A stretch of DNA of 64,000 nucleotides from Podarcis muralis. Its lineage: Eukaryota. Where the stretch lies: positions 46,748,001-46,812,000 of the forward strand of contig NC_135660.1 in the NCBI RefSeq assembly GCF_964188315.1, written 5' to 3'. Within the stretch, counting starts at the first letter, position 1. Every line of letters begins with the position of its first letter. Under the pieces are notes generated by a model. That model made no database searches and had not been told where the DNA came from. It saw only the letters and a list, made by a program, of their open reading frames with translations. Below, piece after piece: positions 1-13,357 of this stretch. The position numbers and the translations under genes are program-made.

Positions 1-656
1 TTGCTTTGTCAAACAGGTCTGGCTTTCCCTATGTGCTGGAAATCAATAGCACAATATCTACAGCAGCATGACAGACAACCTGTCACTGTGCCAATTGCTA
101 GGTTTGCAGGAGGATGAGAGGGGAGGGCTAAAACTTTTGTCTTTCAGCAGAGTGTTTCTGGTTCCTGCAACACGAACTGCTCCCTTGGCAGGGGAGTACA
201 AGAACTGATACATAATGTCACCCAAGGGGCCTTTTTCTTCTCTGCTGTTATTATTTAATTGGCACCCAGCTGCAAAGTATTGTAGCAGCAGGAAAAGTTA
301 CTTGCATTTTAACTTCGGTTCTTAATGACGATCTGAAGAAGAAACACAAATAGAAGCTGAATGGGGGCAGTTCCTTTCTTAGCACATGAGGCAGGCAGCG
401 TAGAGGCAGGAGGTGGGACACACACGCCCCCGATGTTATAATTTATACTTAGAGTATGCCTATGAACATGCAATCTGTGTACATGTCCTGAACAATGTCA
501 GGTATGGTAGCAGGAGTTTGGGGACATTTTTTTAAAGCAGTAGGAATGCAAGATGCGGTTGAAACTATCACATACACATTATGGTGGTGTGGAGCCTCGT
601 TTATTGCAGCCCAAAGGAACTTGTAACACATGAGTGTCAGGAAATGCCAAAAGAGA

Positions 657-850
657 TGGGCACAGTTCAATGGCAGGGCATGTCCTGTGCATCCAAAAGG
701 TTCTGGGTTCAGTTCCCAGGATCTCCAGGTAGAACTAAGTGAGACCATCTCCCTTGAAATCCCGGAGCGCCACTGCCAATCTGTATAGACATTACTGAGC
801 CAGATGGACCAATGGTCTGACTTGGTATAAGGGAGCTCCCTGTGTTCTTA
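657..850 (+). mobile_element. Old tRNA-derived squamate SINE (Squam2-like), degenerate
   Basis: Decayed tRNA-like head (cagttcaatggcagggca...ggttcagttccc) followed by the typical 3' body 'ctgccaatctgtatagacattactgagccagatggaccaatggtctgacttggtataag'. Family name is from memory. Confidence 0.6.
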
Positions 851-1755
851 TGTACTTCTGAACTTTGCTGTAACTTGGTCTTTGCGGAATGACTTATAAG
901 GAGGGGTTACATTAACCAGACTTGCTTTCTTCAACCTCCCTCCAAGTTGCTTTCACCAGGATGAAAGGAAGCTAAAACACAGTTATTGAGTCTCCCACAA
1001 GCCCCAGTGAAGTCAAGATTCGTTTTCAAACTGTATGCTGAAATCTTGGGGAAATTTCTAATGTGTGCATGTCTAGCAGGGTGTGAGTTTGAAAGGGAAA
1101 GTACTCCAAAGGAGGCAAAAAGTACTGTGCTCCAACTCCTGCCCCAACTCTGTTTGTAACTTTCTTTCCTGTTATTTTGATACAATTGTGCTTTGCTCTC
1201 ATGCTTCTCTCTGTGGGAGATGCTAGTCATGAAAGACTAAACAGCATTTTATATATCAGGTAGAAAAATGTTCTGAATTTCTGTGACTCCGTCTTTTATG
1301 ATGCTAGTCATAAATCTTTTCTCGGAGTGAGAAGGCACAAGCCACCTTGGAAAGTGCTTTCCCGCAATGTTAGTGCACAGATGCAATGCAATCTTATCTT
1401 GTTCACTTGGAAGAAGGTACAACTCCTTAGTAAAGGCCTTCCCACATGCACCATTTAGAGTGGTACAGTTGCTGTTTTTGACCTGATGTTTTAATGGATT
1501 TGCAGCTGGATTTGCAGCTGATTGTCTGCATCTTTGGTCACATGTTGCTATTATTAGGGAGTAAGTGCAGAGCATTCCTTTGCACACTAATGATAGGTTG
1601 AACCCAAAAGCAGAAAAATTCTGTGGCTTTAGTCACACCCTGTATACACCCTCCATGTCCCTCAAGCCAGTAAATTGTTGGAGTTATAAGCATGTGCATG
1701 GATTAGCCCTTTTGTAGTTTTTATTTATTTAATGCCAAGGATTCCAGAATTCTAG

Positions 1756-2123
1756 GGGACGTGGGTGGCGCTGTGGTCTAAACCACTGAGCCTAGGGCTT
1801 GCCGATCGGAAGGTCGGTGGTTCAAATCCCTGTGACAGGGTGAGCTCCCATTGCTTGGTCCTAGCTCCTGCCCACCTAGCAGTTTGAAAGCACGTCAAAG
1901 TGCAAGTAGATAAATAGGTACCGCTCCGGCGGGAAGGTAAATGGCGTTTCTGTGTGCTGCTCTGGTTCGCCAGAAGTGGCTTAGTCATGCTGGCCACATG
2001 ACCTGGAAAAACACTCTGCAGACAAACACCGGCTCCATCGGCCAGTAAAGTGAAATGAGCACCCAACCCCAGAGTCATTCGTAACTGGACTTAACTGTCA
2101 GGGGTCCTTTAACTTTACCTTTT
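1756..2123 (+). mobile_element. Sauria SINE, full length
   Basis: Head gggacgtgggtggcgctgtggtctaaacc, core gtgcaagtagataaataggtacc, tail tttaactttaccttt. Near-perfect 14-bp TSD attccagaattcta (1741-1754) / attcctgaattcta (2126-2139). Confidence 0.92.
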
Positions 2124-2457
2124 TTATTCCTGAATTCTAATCTTGTAGGAGTATAGGAGATTAGAAAAGGAACTATGGCAAACTATGGTAGTCATGATGA
2201 GATTTTGCTGGCAGCTAGGAATTGCCATCACAGGCAGTGCTCTGTCTGTTATATCTCTTCATTGAATTCAGCTCAGATGCCTGACAGCTCACACAGGTCA
2301 GAGGGAAGTGGCACAAAACAGCCATCTCCCAAACCACACTCACCAACCCCTTCGCATAGAAACCAGGATGGTTCCTGCACAAACTTCTGTTCTGGATCTT
2401 TCACAGAAGTTTCATTACTTTGTGGGGTTTGGAGCATGTTATTCTGGTATACCAGCT

Positions 2458-2723
2458 GAAGAAGAAGAAGAAAGAAGAAGAAGAAGAAGAAGAAGAAGAG
2501 GAGGAGGAGGAGGAGGAGGAGGAGGAGGAGGAGGAGTTTGGATTTGATATCCCACTTTATCACTACCCGAAGGAGTCTCAAAGCAGCTAAGAGGCTGAGA
2601 GACTTCAAAGAAGTATGACTAGCCCAAGGTCACCCAGCAGCTGCATGTGGAGGAGCGGAGACGCGAACCCGGTTCACCAGATTACGAGTCTACCGCGCTT
2701 AACCACTACACCACACTGGCTCT
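2458..2723 (-). mobile_element. tRNA-derived CORE-type SINE (Squam3-like) with expanded (CTT)n/(CTC)n tail
   Basis: Minus strand reads gagccagtgtggtgtagtggttaagcgcggtagactcgtaatctggtgaaccgggttcg... and ends gatatcaaatccaaactc(ctc)n(ctt)n. The tail gives the (GAA)n(GGA)n run at 2458-2536. There appears to be a short internal deletion near 2590. Confidence 0.8.
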
Positions 2724-5220
2724 GAATAATGGCAACATTGTGTGGCAGCACTCCAAAAAATCCAAACCCAGGAAACTGCACCACCATAAATGGTAGAAAG
2801 GTCCTAAATGTATTTAAGGCTGACTTTGATGCTTTCTGTTTTCCATTGCATTTGTATTGTGTCTTTCAGATTGTAAACCTGTGGTCAGGAATTGTCTTTA
2901 AAAAAATAATAATAATAAAAATCAATTTCCACAGTAAATGTATTATAATTAAGAGGTTGGGGAAAGCTGGCTGAGGACAATATGCTTTTTGACGAATACC
3001 CATGAGCATTTTTAGAACTGTCACCACCTTTCCCCACCCATGCAGCCTCTGATTTCCCCCCTCTATTTTCTACATCTTTCTAATCCATCCATGGATCCCC
3101 CCCTCCCCTCCCTGCTATCTCTTCTTTATCTTCATTTACCTCTAAGCACTCATCATTCATTGCAATCCTGTTGGGAGACTTGCACTGGATGGCTTTCAGC
3201 TCATCCCCAGTCAGAACAATCAGATTGAAGGGAACGCTTTGTGCCAGCCTTGGTGTCAGCCAATATTCTTTCTATCTAGGCAATCAGCAGATACGACATG
3301 ACCAGTCTGATCACATCAATTTCAATCCAGACTGCTATGAACTGTCAGCCTAATAATACAGAAGCTTTTCATTCGATCCCTCCTCCTTCCCCCTCTTGGG
3401 ATGTAGGACACTTTTACATAATGCAGTGAAACCACTCCTCAACCTGATGGTAATGGGAAGCAACAGCCTTTTCAACAGCCTGCCAAAGCTTGGGGTGGGG
3501 GAATTAATGGGGGGGTTGGGGGGGGAGAGAAAGAAAGAAATCATCCTCAGTGTGATCAGGAAATGACATGACTATTCCTTCCCAGTTTTGTCTGCTTTTA
3601 AACACTGCCCATTCAAGCTTCCTGGATGGTTGTGTCAAGGTGCTTACCTGTAAAAGATGTTCTAAGTCACGTGCAAAAGTCAAAGTCAATCCACCTAGGG
3701 AATTTCACATTGAGGTAGACAGCACAGGGATTCTGCTTTTCGGTCTGTACCACATTTTTCTATAGAGCAGGGGTGGTCAGATGGAAACCTTGCACAATTT
3801 TATCCAGCGCCTGGTGGTTTTACTCAAAGCTTGGCAAAACGTTTGCCCCCAGTCTCACTCCTAAGTCAAGCGTGTTTCAAAATGGTAACAGTTGGAGATA
3901 GTGTACCCTTTGACTTTGGAGTCTTGATGCAGTTCCTGAGTGCAAGTTCTCAGTAACTGAACATTCCTGACTATGAGGTGGAACTTCCTCTGTTATACAG
4001 GCTGGCTGTCCACATAAAGGATAGTTGATATGGAAGAATGCAGAAGTCCAAGGCTATTGTCTAGAAAGGAGAGTGGTCCTCAAAAGTGAGAGGCTCAGTT
4101 CGACTGGAATTTTGTACATGCCCTGGGACTATGAGGTTATTTTGGATTTGCTCAAAGCAATGCGTTTAGCACTACTGCAGGTAATCAGAGGGAGATACAG
4201 CAGTTCAAGTTAAGTATACTTCTCTCAGGGGAAGTTCCTATTATTCCCACCAAATATTCTCTCCATAGTCACTGCTATGCAGGGGATTTTTCTTGCAATA
4301 CCCAATATGCACAATTATGATTATGAAAGTGCAAGCCTAATCAGTTCCCATAATTTCTATCCTATATAATGCAAGCAGGCACCCTTATTTAGCTTTCATT
4401 AACTCAGGTCAGTAATGGATGCAGCCTCTTGCAAGCATCTTTCCATGGGTAATTGGTCCATATTGATGTTTCTTGGTAAATATTTTCACATTTCCTCATA
4501 AGGGGCATGTCAGTCACCTGACTGCAAGTTCTGATTGTCCAGAGACCCCTTGTAACTTCCTGTCTTCTTTCTAGTGGGAAAATTACATTGTGAAATCTAC
4601 TGGCAGATCGCTCTTTGGGCAATATCCAGCTAAACTATTTTTCTAGATACCACCCAATGTCATTTATTGATCTTGTTCTATCCAGCCCTGTCCTTAACGA
4701 AATCACCCTTTGTATTGGAGCTAATGCCTGTCTAATTTCTATAGCTGTGTACTTCTCAGTCCCCATTTTGTTCAGTATTCTGCTCAAGGGACACCTCCAC
4801 TTTGTTAAGCTTTCTGCAATCCTCCACAAGGGTGTTCCATGCTGCTCTTTTCCAAGGCTGCTCCAACTCCAAAGATGCCTGCAGGAGTCAGAATTCTTCT
4901 TTAGCCCAGACAGAAACTTGTCTCCTTTCCTTTTTAGAATCTATGCCAGAGAGATCCCTGAACCTAGCTGTGACCGTGCACCCTCAAGTCTTGGTGAAAC
5001 TCAGGATACTGCTTCTCTTTAGCACCTCTTCACTGGGAAAGGCAGTTACGAGTGGAGATGAATGTGGCCCTTGTGCAACATGATTTACCCAACTCTTGTC
5101 AGAAAGAGAACACATTCTGCACCCACAGAAACGTCCAGCTACACTGGGCACCCCAGCCTTAGTGGGGGATTTTTGTGTGTGCATAAACTAGAGGTGACAA
5201 TGTGCCCTATTGTCACATAC

Positions 5221-5400
5221 CTCATAGAGGTCTATCATCACATTGCCCTCCAGGTCTCGGCTGCTCTTGACATTTTCCAAAGCCAGGGTGAAGTAGACCC
5301 CTCGGGTATCAGAGATGTAGAGATTATACGTATCGTTCTGGTTCCATTCCTGGACTGCAGCAAACACCTGATTCTCATCAGTGCTGATGACGTGCATGTC
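5221..5400 (-). CDS. SORCS1: SORCS1 internal coding exon (180 bp, phase 0-0; ~human exon 9), VPS10 beta-propeller
   Basis: Translates DMHVISTDENQVFAAVQEWNQNDTYNLYISDTRGVYFTLALENVKSSRDLEGNVMIDLYE. Acceptor cag at 5403-5401, donor gtatgt from 5220. Residues GVYFTLALEN and MIDLYE match SORCS1 rather than SORCS3 as I recall them. Confidence 0.96.
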
Positions 5401-5776
5401 CTGGGGGAGAAAGCACAGAGAGAAGCATCATTGTCGGGCATCTCACTTGTCTCTGCTCCAAGGGCAAGGCAGGGTAAGCCTCGTGGAGGAAGGCAGAGAT
5501 TCATTATGAAGTCTAATCAGAAACCAAAGTCAATCTACTTGCATGTGCACATGCATATTTTACACATTCTCTCTTCTTCAGATATATGCACAGTAATAAT
5601 GAATTGAGGACACATTAAGTGAACATTTACACTGGTGATGGTATTGTACAGTAGCAATGGAGGATGAGTGTATTAAAAGAAACGTAGAATATTAATTCCT
5701 TTCTGTCCTTCAACAGTTTGAGAAAATTCTTCAATTAGGAACCACCGTTCATTATGGTAAAGGAAATGCCATAGGC

Positions 5777-6855
5777 TAGGGATTCTCAAACTTTCTATGT
5801 CCAGGGTCCTTTTGCGAGCTGGTTCACTCACAAAATGGTGGTGCAAGAGCAGAGTCAGCAACGACATGGAGGTGGCAACTGCCGTAGCCAGCAGTAGGTT
5901 ACTAACATTATTTTCTCTTGATGGGACCTAATTGGTCTTTGGGAAATTGCTAAAATCTTTGCCACAGTGATTTCCCAGTGGAGACAAGTTATATACTTCA
6001 GCATTCCTCAAGTTAATAGGAAGCATTGTTTCTGGAGATAGTCTAACTCACCCTCCCCAATTTAGGCAGAATTTGCTGATTCAGAGGATCTAGAGGGTAG
6101 AAGTCGTCAAAAATTAGACACCCTATGCCTGCATGCCTCTCACAGTATTATTACTAATATTATTTCCCTCCCCCCCCCCCCACTTCTCATTTTCCTTTCA
6201 TATATAATTTCAAACCTAGCCCTACCTCTAAACAACCAATTTCCTCCATCCCTCCTCTTGGTGCCTTTTACATTCATTTCTTCCTAAAATAGCTTCCCTC
6301 TTTTACAACCTTCTTCTCTGTTCTGAGATTATTAATACAACTTTAAAAATATTGACTTTGTATCTCCCATATACTCCCCCATTGTATTTCCTGCAATGTC
6401 CCCACCAGTTGTTCTGCCTCAGTGGAGGGAAGAGAAGCTTCATGACTCAGCAGGAGACTGAGCAGGAATAAAGGATGAGCAGGGTGTAGGTATACACAAA
6501 TGTGACATGGAGGAGCCAGAAGACTCTACAGCAGTCCCAAAGGCTTCTGATTTTCCTCTCCCTCAGTCTATGCAACCCTTTTGCTTCCCTCCTTGCCATT
6601 CTCTCTTTCCTCACACTCAGCCAGCCAAATTGCTCATATCCGCTTTTTCCTTTCCTTTCCCCTCACCCAACTTTGCATGCTATAGCTTCACTTGCTAACT
6701 AACTGCTGCTCCTAGTCATGCCTATGTAGTGTGCATGTGTGGGGAGCTGCTGCCTCTAGAGTCAGTTAAACCTAAAGGCTACTGCACTACTAGGGAGCAG
6801 GCTGCAACACTGAGGCCTGGCTGGAGGTTCCTGGGCCACAGTTTGAGCAATGCTA
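5777..6855. mobile_element. Possible old non-autonomous hAT element (~1.08 kb)
   Basis: Degenerate inverted termini tagggattctcaaact / agtttgagcaatgcta, flanked by a near-direct repeat ccataggc / acataggc. Confidence 0.4.
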
Positions 6856-7580
6856 CATAGGCAGTCAAGTAATCATGTGCTTATCCCTGTATTACCATAC
6901 TCAAACCTAGATATGTAGGGAAAGGGGATCTGTGCGTCATTCCAGGTGAATTAAAACAGTAGGGATGATGATGATTCCAAAAATGAGGTTGCATTCTAGC
7001 ATCCACTTGCAGACTGGACACAATGGTGCTTCCTTATGAGTAAGCATGTACAGGACTGGGTTGCACATGACTAAGTAATTGTGAAATCTGTAAATCCAGC
7101 AGTGTCAAACAGCATATTAAATGTACTTGAGAATTCTTTAAATGTCTGACTTTCTAAGCTCCTTTTTTAAAAAAAAATAAAAAATGTGTTTGCTGTTAAA
7201 TTAAAATGTGCAGATCAGATTAACTGTTGTGCTGCTTCGGTCCCCTATTGGTTATGTGGATACTTACAAAGCAATGTCTTTAATTTCTTGTACTATTGTA
7301 CCTCATAAAGATTTTTGCAGGAAAGCCCCCCAAACTAATGCTACGGTAGCATTTTGCTGTTCCAAGACATACACGTCTGTCCTCGGTGTCTAATTAATAC
7401 GTATCTGCATTTTTAACACAGATGACCTTAACCTATTTTTCTAGCAGCTCAAACGTTAACAAATAAATGATGACTAAAAATCCAGAAATAAAAATCTTTC
7501 CATGGAACAATTAAAGGAAAAAGAGAAAATAAGACTTGCATCATTGAACTAGTTGCCACAAAGCTCTTTATCTACATTTA

Positions 7581-7937
7581 AAGGTAAAGGTACCCCTGCC
7601 CGTACGGGCCAGTCTTGACAGACTCTAGGGTTGTGCGCCCATCTCACTCAAGAGGCCGGGGGCCAGCGCTGTCCAGAGACACTTCCGGGTCACGTGGCCA
7701 GCGTGACATCGCTGATCTGGCAAGCCAGAGCCGCACACGGAAACGCCGTTTACCTTCCCGCTAGTAAGCGGTCCCTATTTATCTACTTGCACCCGGGGGT
7801 GCTTTCAAACTGCTAGGTTGGCAGGCGCTGGGACCGAACAATGGGAGCGCACCCCGCCGCGGGGATTCGAACCGCCGACCTTTCGATTGGCAAGCCCTAG
7901 GCGCTGAGGCTTTTACCCACAGCGCCACCCGCGTCCC
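7581..7937 (-). mobile_element. Sauria SINE, full length, CpG-rich (young) subfamily
   Basis: aaggtaaaggtacccctgcccgtacggg...agcgccacccgcgtccc. Perfect 13-bp TSD ttatctacattta (7568-7580 / 7938-7950). Confidence 0.95.
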
Positions 7938-10568
7938 TTATCTACATTTACTGGCATCCAAACTTCTATTGGATACTGCAATTGGTTAAACCCAGTCAGC
8001 CCTCCCAACTATAGGATTAACGGTGCAGAGCTTTGTGGCCAGGGGGCACAGCTATTAAGCAGGTGCCTCTTGTTAGAAATCTCCTTCTAAACTTTTGCCT
8101 CCATTATTCAGATTTCATTGGCAGCCTGCCATTCAAATTCCAGCTTGGATTGATCAGATGCCATTGCCTGGTTTAGGAATAGCCAACCTGACATTTTTAA
8201 AATAGTCATCTGCTAACACAGGGTTTGGAGACTGGAATGACAAACGCACGAGGAGAGAGCCTCGTAGGCATGCCAGTTCAGTATTCATAACTTGCAGATA
8301 ACCAGGCAGCTTCTTCCACTCTGTATTCAGACAGGAGATATTTTGTATTCTTGGTTGCTTTGAGTAAACATTGTGGTTCCCCACCCCGCCATTCCTCTCT
8401 CCCTTCTTTATTCAGTCTATATATTGCCAGACTGAGGAATTGTCAGCAAACTTGTCGTGTGCAACAAATACCACTCAGATGCACCACATAATGCGTCCCT
8501 TCTTCTTTGTGTCAGACACAGTAATTCGCCTGTTATTTCTACTGGGTAAATCATACCATGAAACAATCTTCCTGCTGACAAAGAGAAGCTAAATACAGGG
8601 GGATGGAGAGGGAAGTTGTACCACCACCATCCTTTTCCATGGGAAATAAAGATACCTCTTGCCTTTGGAAAGAACAGGAGGGAATGCTGTCTTCCAATTA
8701 GTGAATGCCCCCTGACACTGGCCGTGACACCTTTCCCATACATCTGCCTACAAAAGCATCAAAACACCAGCCTTCAGAATTCCCCAGTCTGTATCACTGC
8801 AGGATAGTCAGCATTAAGATGCAGCCCATCTGTCTGGCCTTTATACCTTATGTCTTTACAGGGAAAGAACGGCATTATGCACATGACTTTGTTTGGGTGA
8901 ATGTGAAGGGCTAAAGGTCAATGCTTTCAGAATTGCCAAGATGCTGCAAGTGCCCTTTTCTCTGCTGACCAGGGGATCTTGGCCTTTTGGCAAATTGAAT
9001 GGCATAAATGCAATATCTGATTTGTTATCTTGATTGAAGATGCTGTCAGCTAATTTATAGTGTGCATTGCTGGGTTTCCCTCCCCGCTCTATAGGGTGTT
9101 AGGTCCTGTTGACCTGCTAGCTCAATGATTAAAAATGAATGAGGAGCACAGAGTCTTTCCACCATCACAGAACGTGGGACCATAAAAATGATCTGGAGGG
9201 ATAGCAAAGTTCAGAAAGATGAGAGGGGGCATAGGCTGGAGACTGAAAATGCAGAACTACCCAACAAGGATAAACATGCTTGAATGACAATAGAGAAAGG
9301 CAGGTATTAGGAGTGAAATTGTATATTGTGGTAGATTCATTTAGAATGTACTCAGTCTCAATTCATCACATTGCTACCTAGGTAGAGCAATTATATCTGG
9401 TTGGTGGCTCTGTAAACAATGCACAGAATCATGCATCACTTCTATCCTTTAAAAAAACAATCTATTAACGAAATCCCATTTTTCTTATCAGTTGTAGATG
9501 AATGGCTACATTTTCTGTTTTAAACTGCAGTTTTGAGGTGTTCATGAATTCAGAGTATGAAAGGTAATGATGGACAAATTACTTGTCTACAATTCCCCCC
9601 CCTAAAATTTGTAGCTTTGGGGGAATGTTGACCACACTGTTGACCACCCAGTACAATCTGATTGCATTCCACAGCCCTCTGAAACATGCAGGAGTTTCAC
9701 AGCAGCTGGACAGATGTGGAAGGCTTCTCTGAGATTAGAAAAGCTGGGCATCACTTTTCCTAAGAAATAGCTTGTGAGGGTGCAAACATTTCACACACTG
9801 CACTAATAAGTGTGCTTAATCAACATGCATAAGATATATATCTCTCTATGTAGAAGAAGAAGAGAATAATAGATTCCATAGGTTAATCTATCTTCCTTTC
9901 ACCAGGCTGGAGTGCCGAATGTTATATAAGCACAGGAAAAAGAGGCAGGATCATTGCCTTATAACCAGCCATAAAGAACAGCAACAGCAACAGCAACAAT
10001 CTACTAAGTGCCTTAAAGAACCCCAAAGCACTTCACAATGGCTGTGTTAAAAAGAACAAAAAGACTAATCTAAGAAGTAGAGTACTATAAGAAATGGGAA
10101 GGGAAACAAAAGCAGAGGAAAGAAGAAGGAGAGGACATAGAGAGAGCAAAGGCTTATGTTATCTAGAGGATGAGTCTCACAACCATTTTAAGGGTCTGTC
10201 CAATACTCCTAGAATCTGTTTTCTGTCTGGGGCAGTGGACTAAGCTGAGACTTAGCACTCAGGACACAAGAAAGTAGCAGGGTAAACTGGCCACACGTAA
10301 GATGTTGCTGGCCTGGTGGGGCAGAGCCACAGCAATAGCCTCCAGAGAGCAGTGTTGCTGCTGCTCATTGGATGGAGGAGGGAAGAGGTGGCAGCGAGGT
10401 CTGGACTGTGCAAAGGCACTGGTGAGAGTGCCGGATTGGGCTTCACTGTATGTCTGCATAGCTGGTCCTCACCACAGACTCATCCCTCCTGGTAAGTGGC
10501 AGGATGCTGCAGCTCTGCCCCATCAGGAAAACTGCTGCTGGTTAACACAGATTGTAAGAGAAGCACCT

Positions 10569-10977
10569 GGGGGACACGGGTGGCGCTGTGGGTAAAACCT
10601 CAGTGCCTAGGACTTGCCGATCGTATGGTCGGAGGTTCGAATCCCCGCGACGGGGTGAGCTCCCATCTTTCGGTCCCAGCTCCTGCCCACCTAGGAGTTC
10701 GAAAGCACCCCTAAGTGCAAGTAGATAAATAGGTACCGCTTTATAGCGGGAAGGTAAACGGCATTTCCGTGTGCTGCGCTGGTGCCGGCTCACCAGAGCA
10801 CCTTTGTCACGCTAGCCACGTGACCTGGAAGTGTCTGTAGACAGCGCTGGCTCCCGGCCTCTTAAGTGAGATGAGCGCACAACCCTAGGCTCCCGGCCTC
10901 TTAAGTGAGATGAGCGCACAACCCTAGAGCCGGACACGACTGGCCCGTACGGGCAGGGGTACCTTTACCTTTACCTT
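10569..10977 (+). mobile_element. Sauria SINE with internal 39-bp tandem duplication
   Basis: gggacacgggtggcgctgtggg...acctttacctttaccttt. TSD taagagaagcacct (10555-10568 / 10978-10991). Duplicated unit at 10850-10888 and 10889-10927. Confidence 0.95.
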
Positions 10978-12617
10978 TAAGAGAAGCACCTATTCATTAT
11001 GGTAAGAATATTCAGATGCTATCCTCCCAGCCCTAGTTTCTAATGAAAAAGTCAACAACACATATCCATAAAATTGGACCAGCCCAGACCCTGGCAAAGG
11101 AAAGTTCCATGCCTAAGGCACTGTAATCACTGGCAAACACTTTTGCACCAATTAACGTCCATCAAAGTTTATGGGAAGAGTTTCACCCCAGACATTAAAA
11201 TTAGAGCTTGGAGTTGACCTAAATACCTTATATCTTCCATCAATCTATTTTCCATCCACACATTTTGTATCTCTAAAATTCAATATAAATATGCATACTT
11301 GGCGAAGGAAGCATAATTATAAAGCAGCCTTAACAAAATGCTGCAGGTAGAGAATGTCAGAGACATTTTGCAAATAACACAGTTGACTGCTGTAATGATG
11401 GACCACTAGAGTTGGTCCACATACAGACCTGCTGGATTAATTTTGTTCTATCTTTTAATGTTTGGTTGAATTATGCCTGGGCCATTTGTATTATTTGCCA
11501 CAACAATGGTCTGATAGTAAATTAATTTGTCTGATCTATGTCCCTAGAGAAATTCCAGATACGTGCTTTGTCCGATAGGCACAGTGTTTGTGGAGGTGAT
11601 GGAAACACTCACAAAGCAATATGCTGGAAACCAAATATACCAGTCATTATGCTGATCACAACTGATTCAAAATCACTAGCACAAAAAGAGTAGCAATAGT
11701 GCAAAGCCATCTACAGTTGCGCCAAACTGATAAACTGTTCCTCTTCTATGAAATTTGCAGGTCTCTTCTATGTTTAATATGAATCATTCTCACTATCGCT
11801 GCATCAGAGGCACATGATTTTTACCATTTATTTTCACCCAAAGCAGCAGAAACATCAAGGTGGGGAATCTAGCGATCGAGCCACTTTGTCTGGGTACCAA
11901 AATTCCACAAGCTACTGTGGTCTCTAAGAAAAGCTTTACACGCCATTGATTTTATTTGGGCAGAGTAATTGAGCTGAAAGAGATTAAAGTCTCTCTAGTC
12001 ATAAAGGACCTTGCTTGTTTCATTTCCTTTTGACTGTGCTGCGCTTTGTTCATTTTTAATAAAGGCAGCCACCTGCTTTGATAACAGCATCCTCAACATG
12101 CCTTTACCACTGTAGCTCTGTGCATACAGATTTAGATGTTCACCCTTTGAAGATATGGTGAGATTGTAATGAAGCACCTTGTTGCCTTAAATATCACCCT
12201 GTCGGTGGATTCAACAACATCTGCGTCTTGTGCTGGGTGACAGGAAGGCCTCTTGGGGCTTGTTAAGCCAACTGACATCCGAAATCAGTGGAAGCTGCTT
12301 GGGAACTATTTAATATGAGCAATTTCTACAAGGAATGGGAGAAGCTAATATATATGCTCTGTCCAATAACAGGATCTATCCTAAAAATATGAATCCAGCT
12401 AGAAAGCCAAGGGGAATCCTTAAGAAGGAACAGACTCACAACATATACAGGAAAGGTGTTCATTGCTACTTCCAACTTTCCTGCCTGTTCTCCACAAATA
12501 TAACTGGCTGTATAGCTAGCTGGGATGGGTGAATCTACCAATTTTGGTTTGTCTCAGTCCCCATCCCAACTCCAGCACTCTTCTTAAGTTCAGTTCTCCA
12601 CATTTCACACCAATTTA

Positions 12618-12618
<1 letters not shown>

Positions 12619-12666
<48 letters not shown>
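12619..12666. repeat. (ATT)n microsatellite
   Basis: Direct trinucleotide run. Confidence 0.95.
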
Positions 12667-12901
12667 TTAAAGTCCTCATGGAAATTCATCAGCATTTTTA
12701 CATATTGTGTTTAATAGGCAATTTCTCCACAAAAAGAATTGTACATCTTTTAAAGTCATGTAAAATAGTAAGTAAAGACAGTAATTAGCAATCATCCATG
12801 GTCCCCATCGCTAGTGAAACTATGTGAAAGTCTATGCAACTGCTTTAGAACAAAATACTCCTCTTATACTTGCATTGGCATTATCCCCTTCCATACGCTC
12901 C

Positions 12902-13357
12902 TGTCAGGGAACTGCCATCGGCTCAGGGGGGAGAGGGGAAAAGCCAGATGGATTACAGAGAGCCCCCAAAGATCGTGGGAAGCAGCTCCTCCTCAGCGGA
13001 GGCGAGTAACCATGCCTCCAGTGGAGAGGAGCTTCAGGGCTCGGAGGAGGCAAGGCGGTGCAAGGACACCTTGCCTGGGCAAAGTGGGGAGGAGGGAGGT
13101 CCTCCGTTACCCACACCCTCCTTGCGCAGTAAGCTTTCGCGCCAAGAGGGGAGGCGCAGACTGGGCGTCAAGAAACTACTTTGCTGGGGAAGGTTTAAGG
13201 ACCGCCCACTCACAGATTCTGCCAGTGAATGAGCCAGCCATGGGAGAGTGGCGCTCTGGACAGATAAAGTTTATTTTGGCATCAAAAGCAAGGCTTCACA
13301 GCCGAGCAGGGAGGAATTTGCCTGCTTGCTCTCGAGCAACCCCTTGGAACCCTAATA
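12902..13357 (+). mobile_element. Solo LTR (probably Gypsy/Ty3 class)
   Basis: GC-rich 456-bp segment starting TGTCAGGG and ending CCCTAATA (imperfect terminal inverted repeat). Perfect 5-bp TSD gctcc (12897-12901 / 13358-13362). ATAAAG near 13264. Confidence 0.75.

Noticed and set aside
2273-2608. Poly-Leu/Phe and poly-Arg/Gly ORFs
   Set aside because: They are translations of the SINE's (CTT)n/(CTC)n tail.
1-5220. Search for the next SORCS1 exon (VAGIKG...), and for the preceding exon in 57311-64000
   Set aside because: Neither was found by eye, so they are presumed to lie outside the window.
5062-5607. 181-aa plus-strand ORF
   Set aside because: It is the antisense shadow of SORCS1 exon 9 plus flanks, with no recognisable domain.
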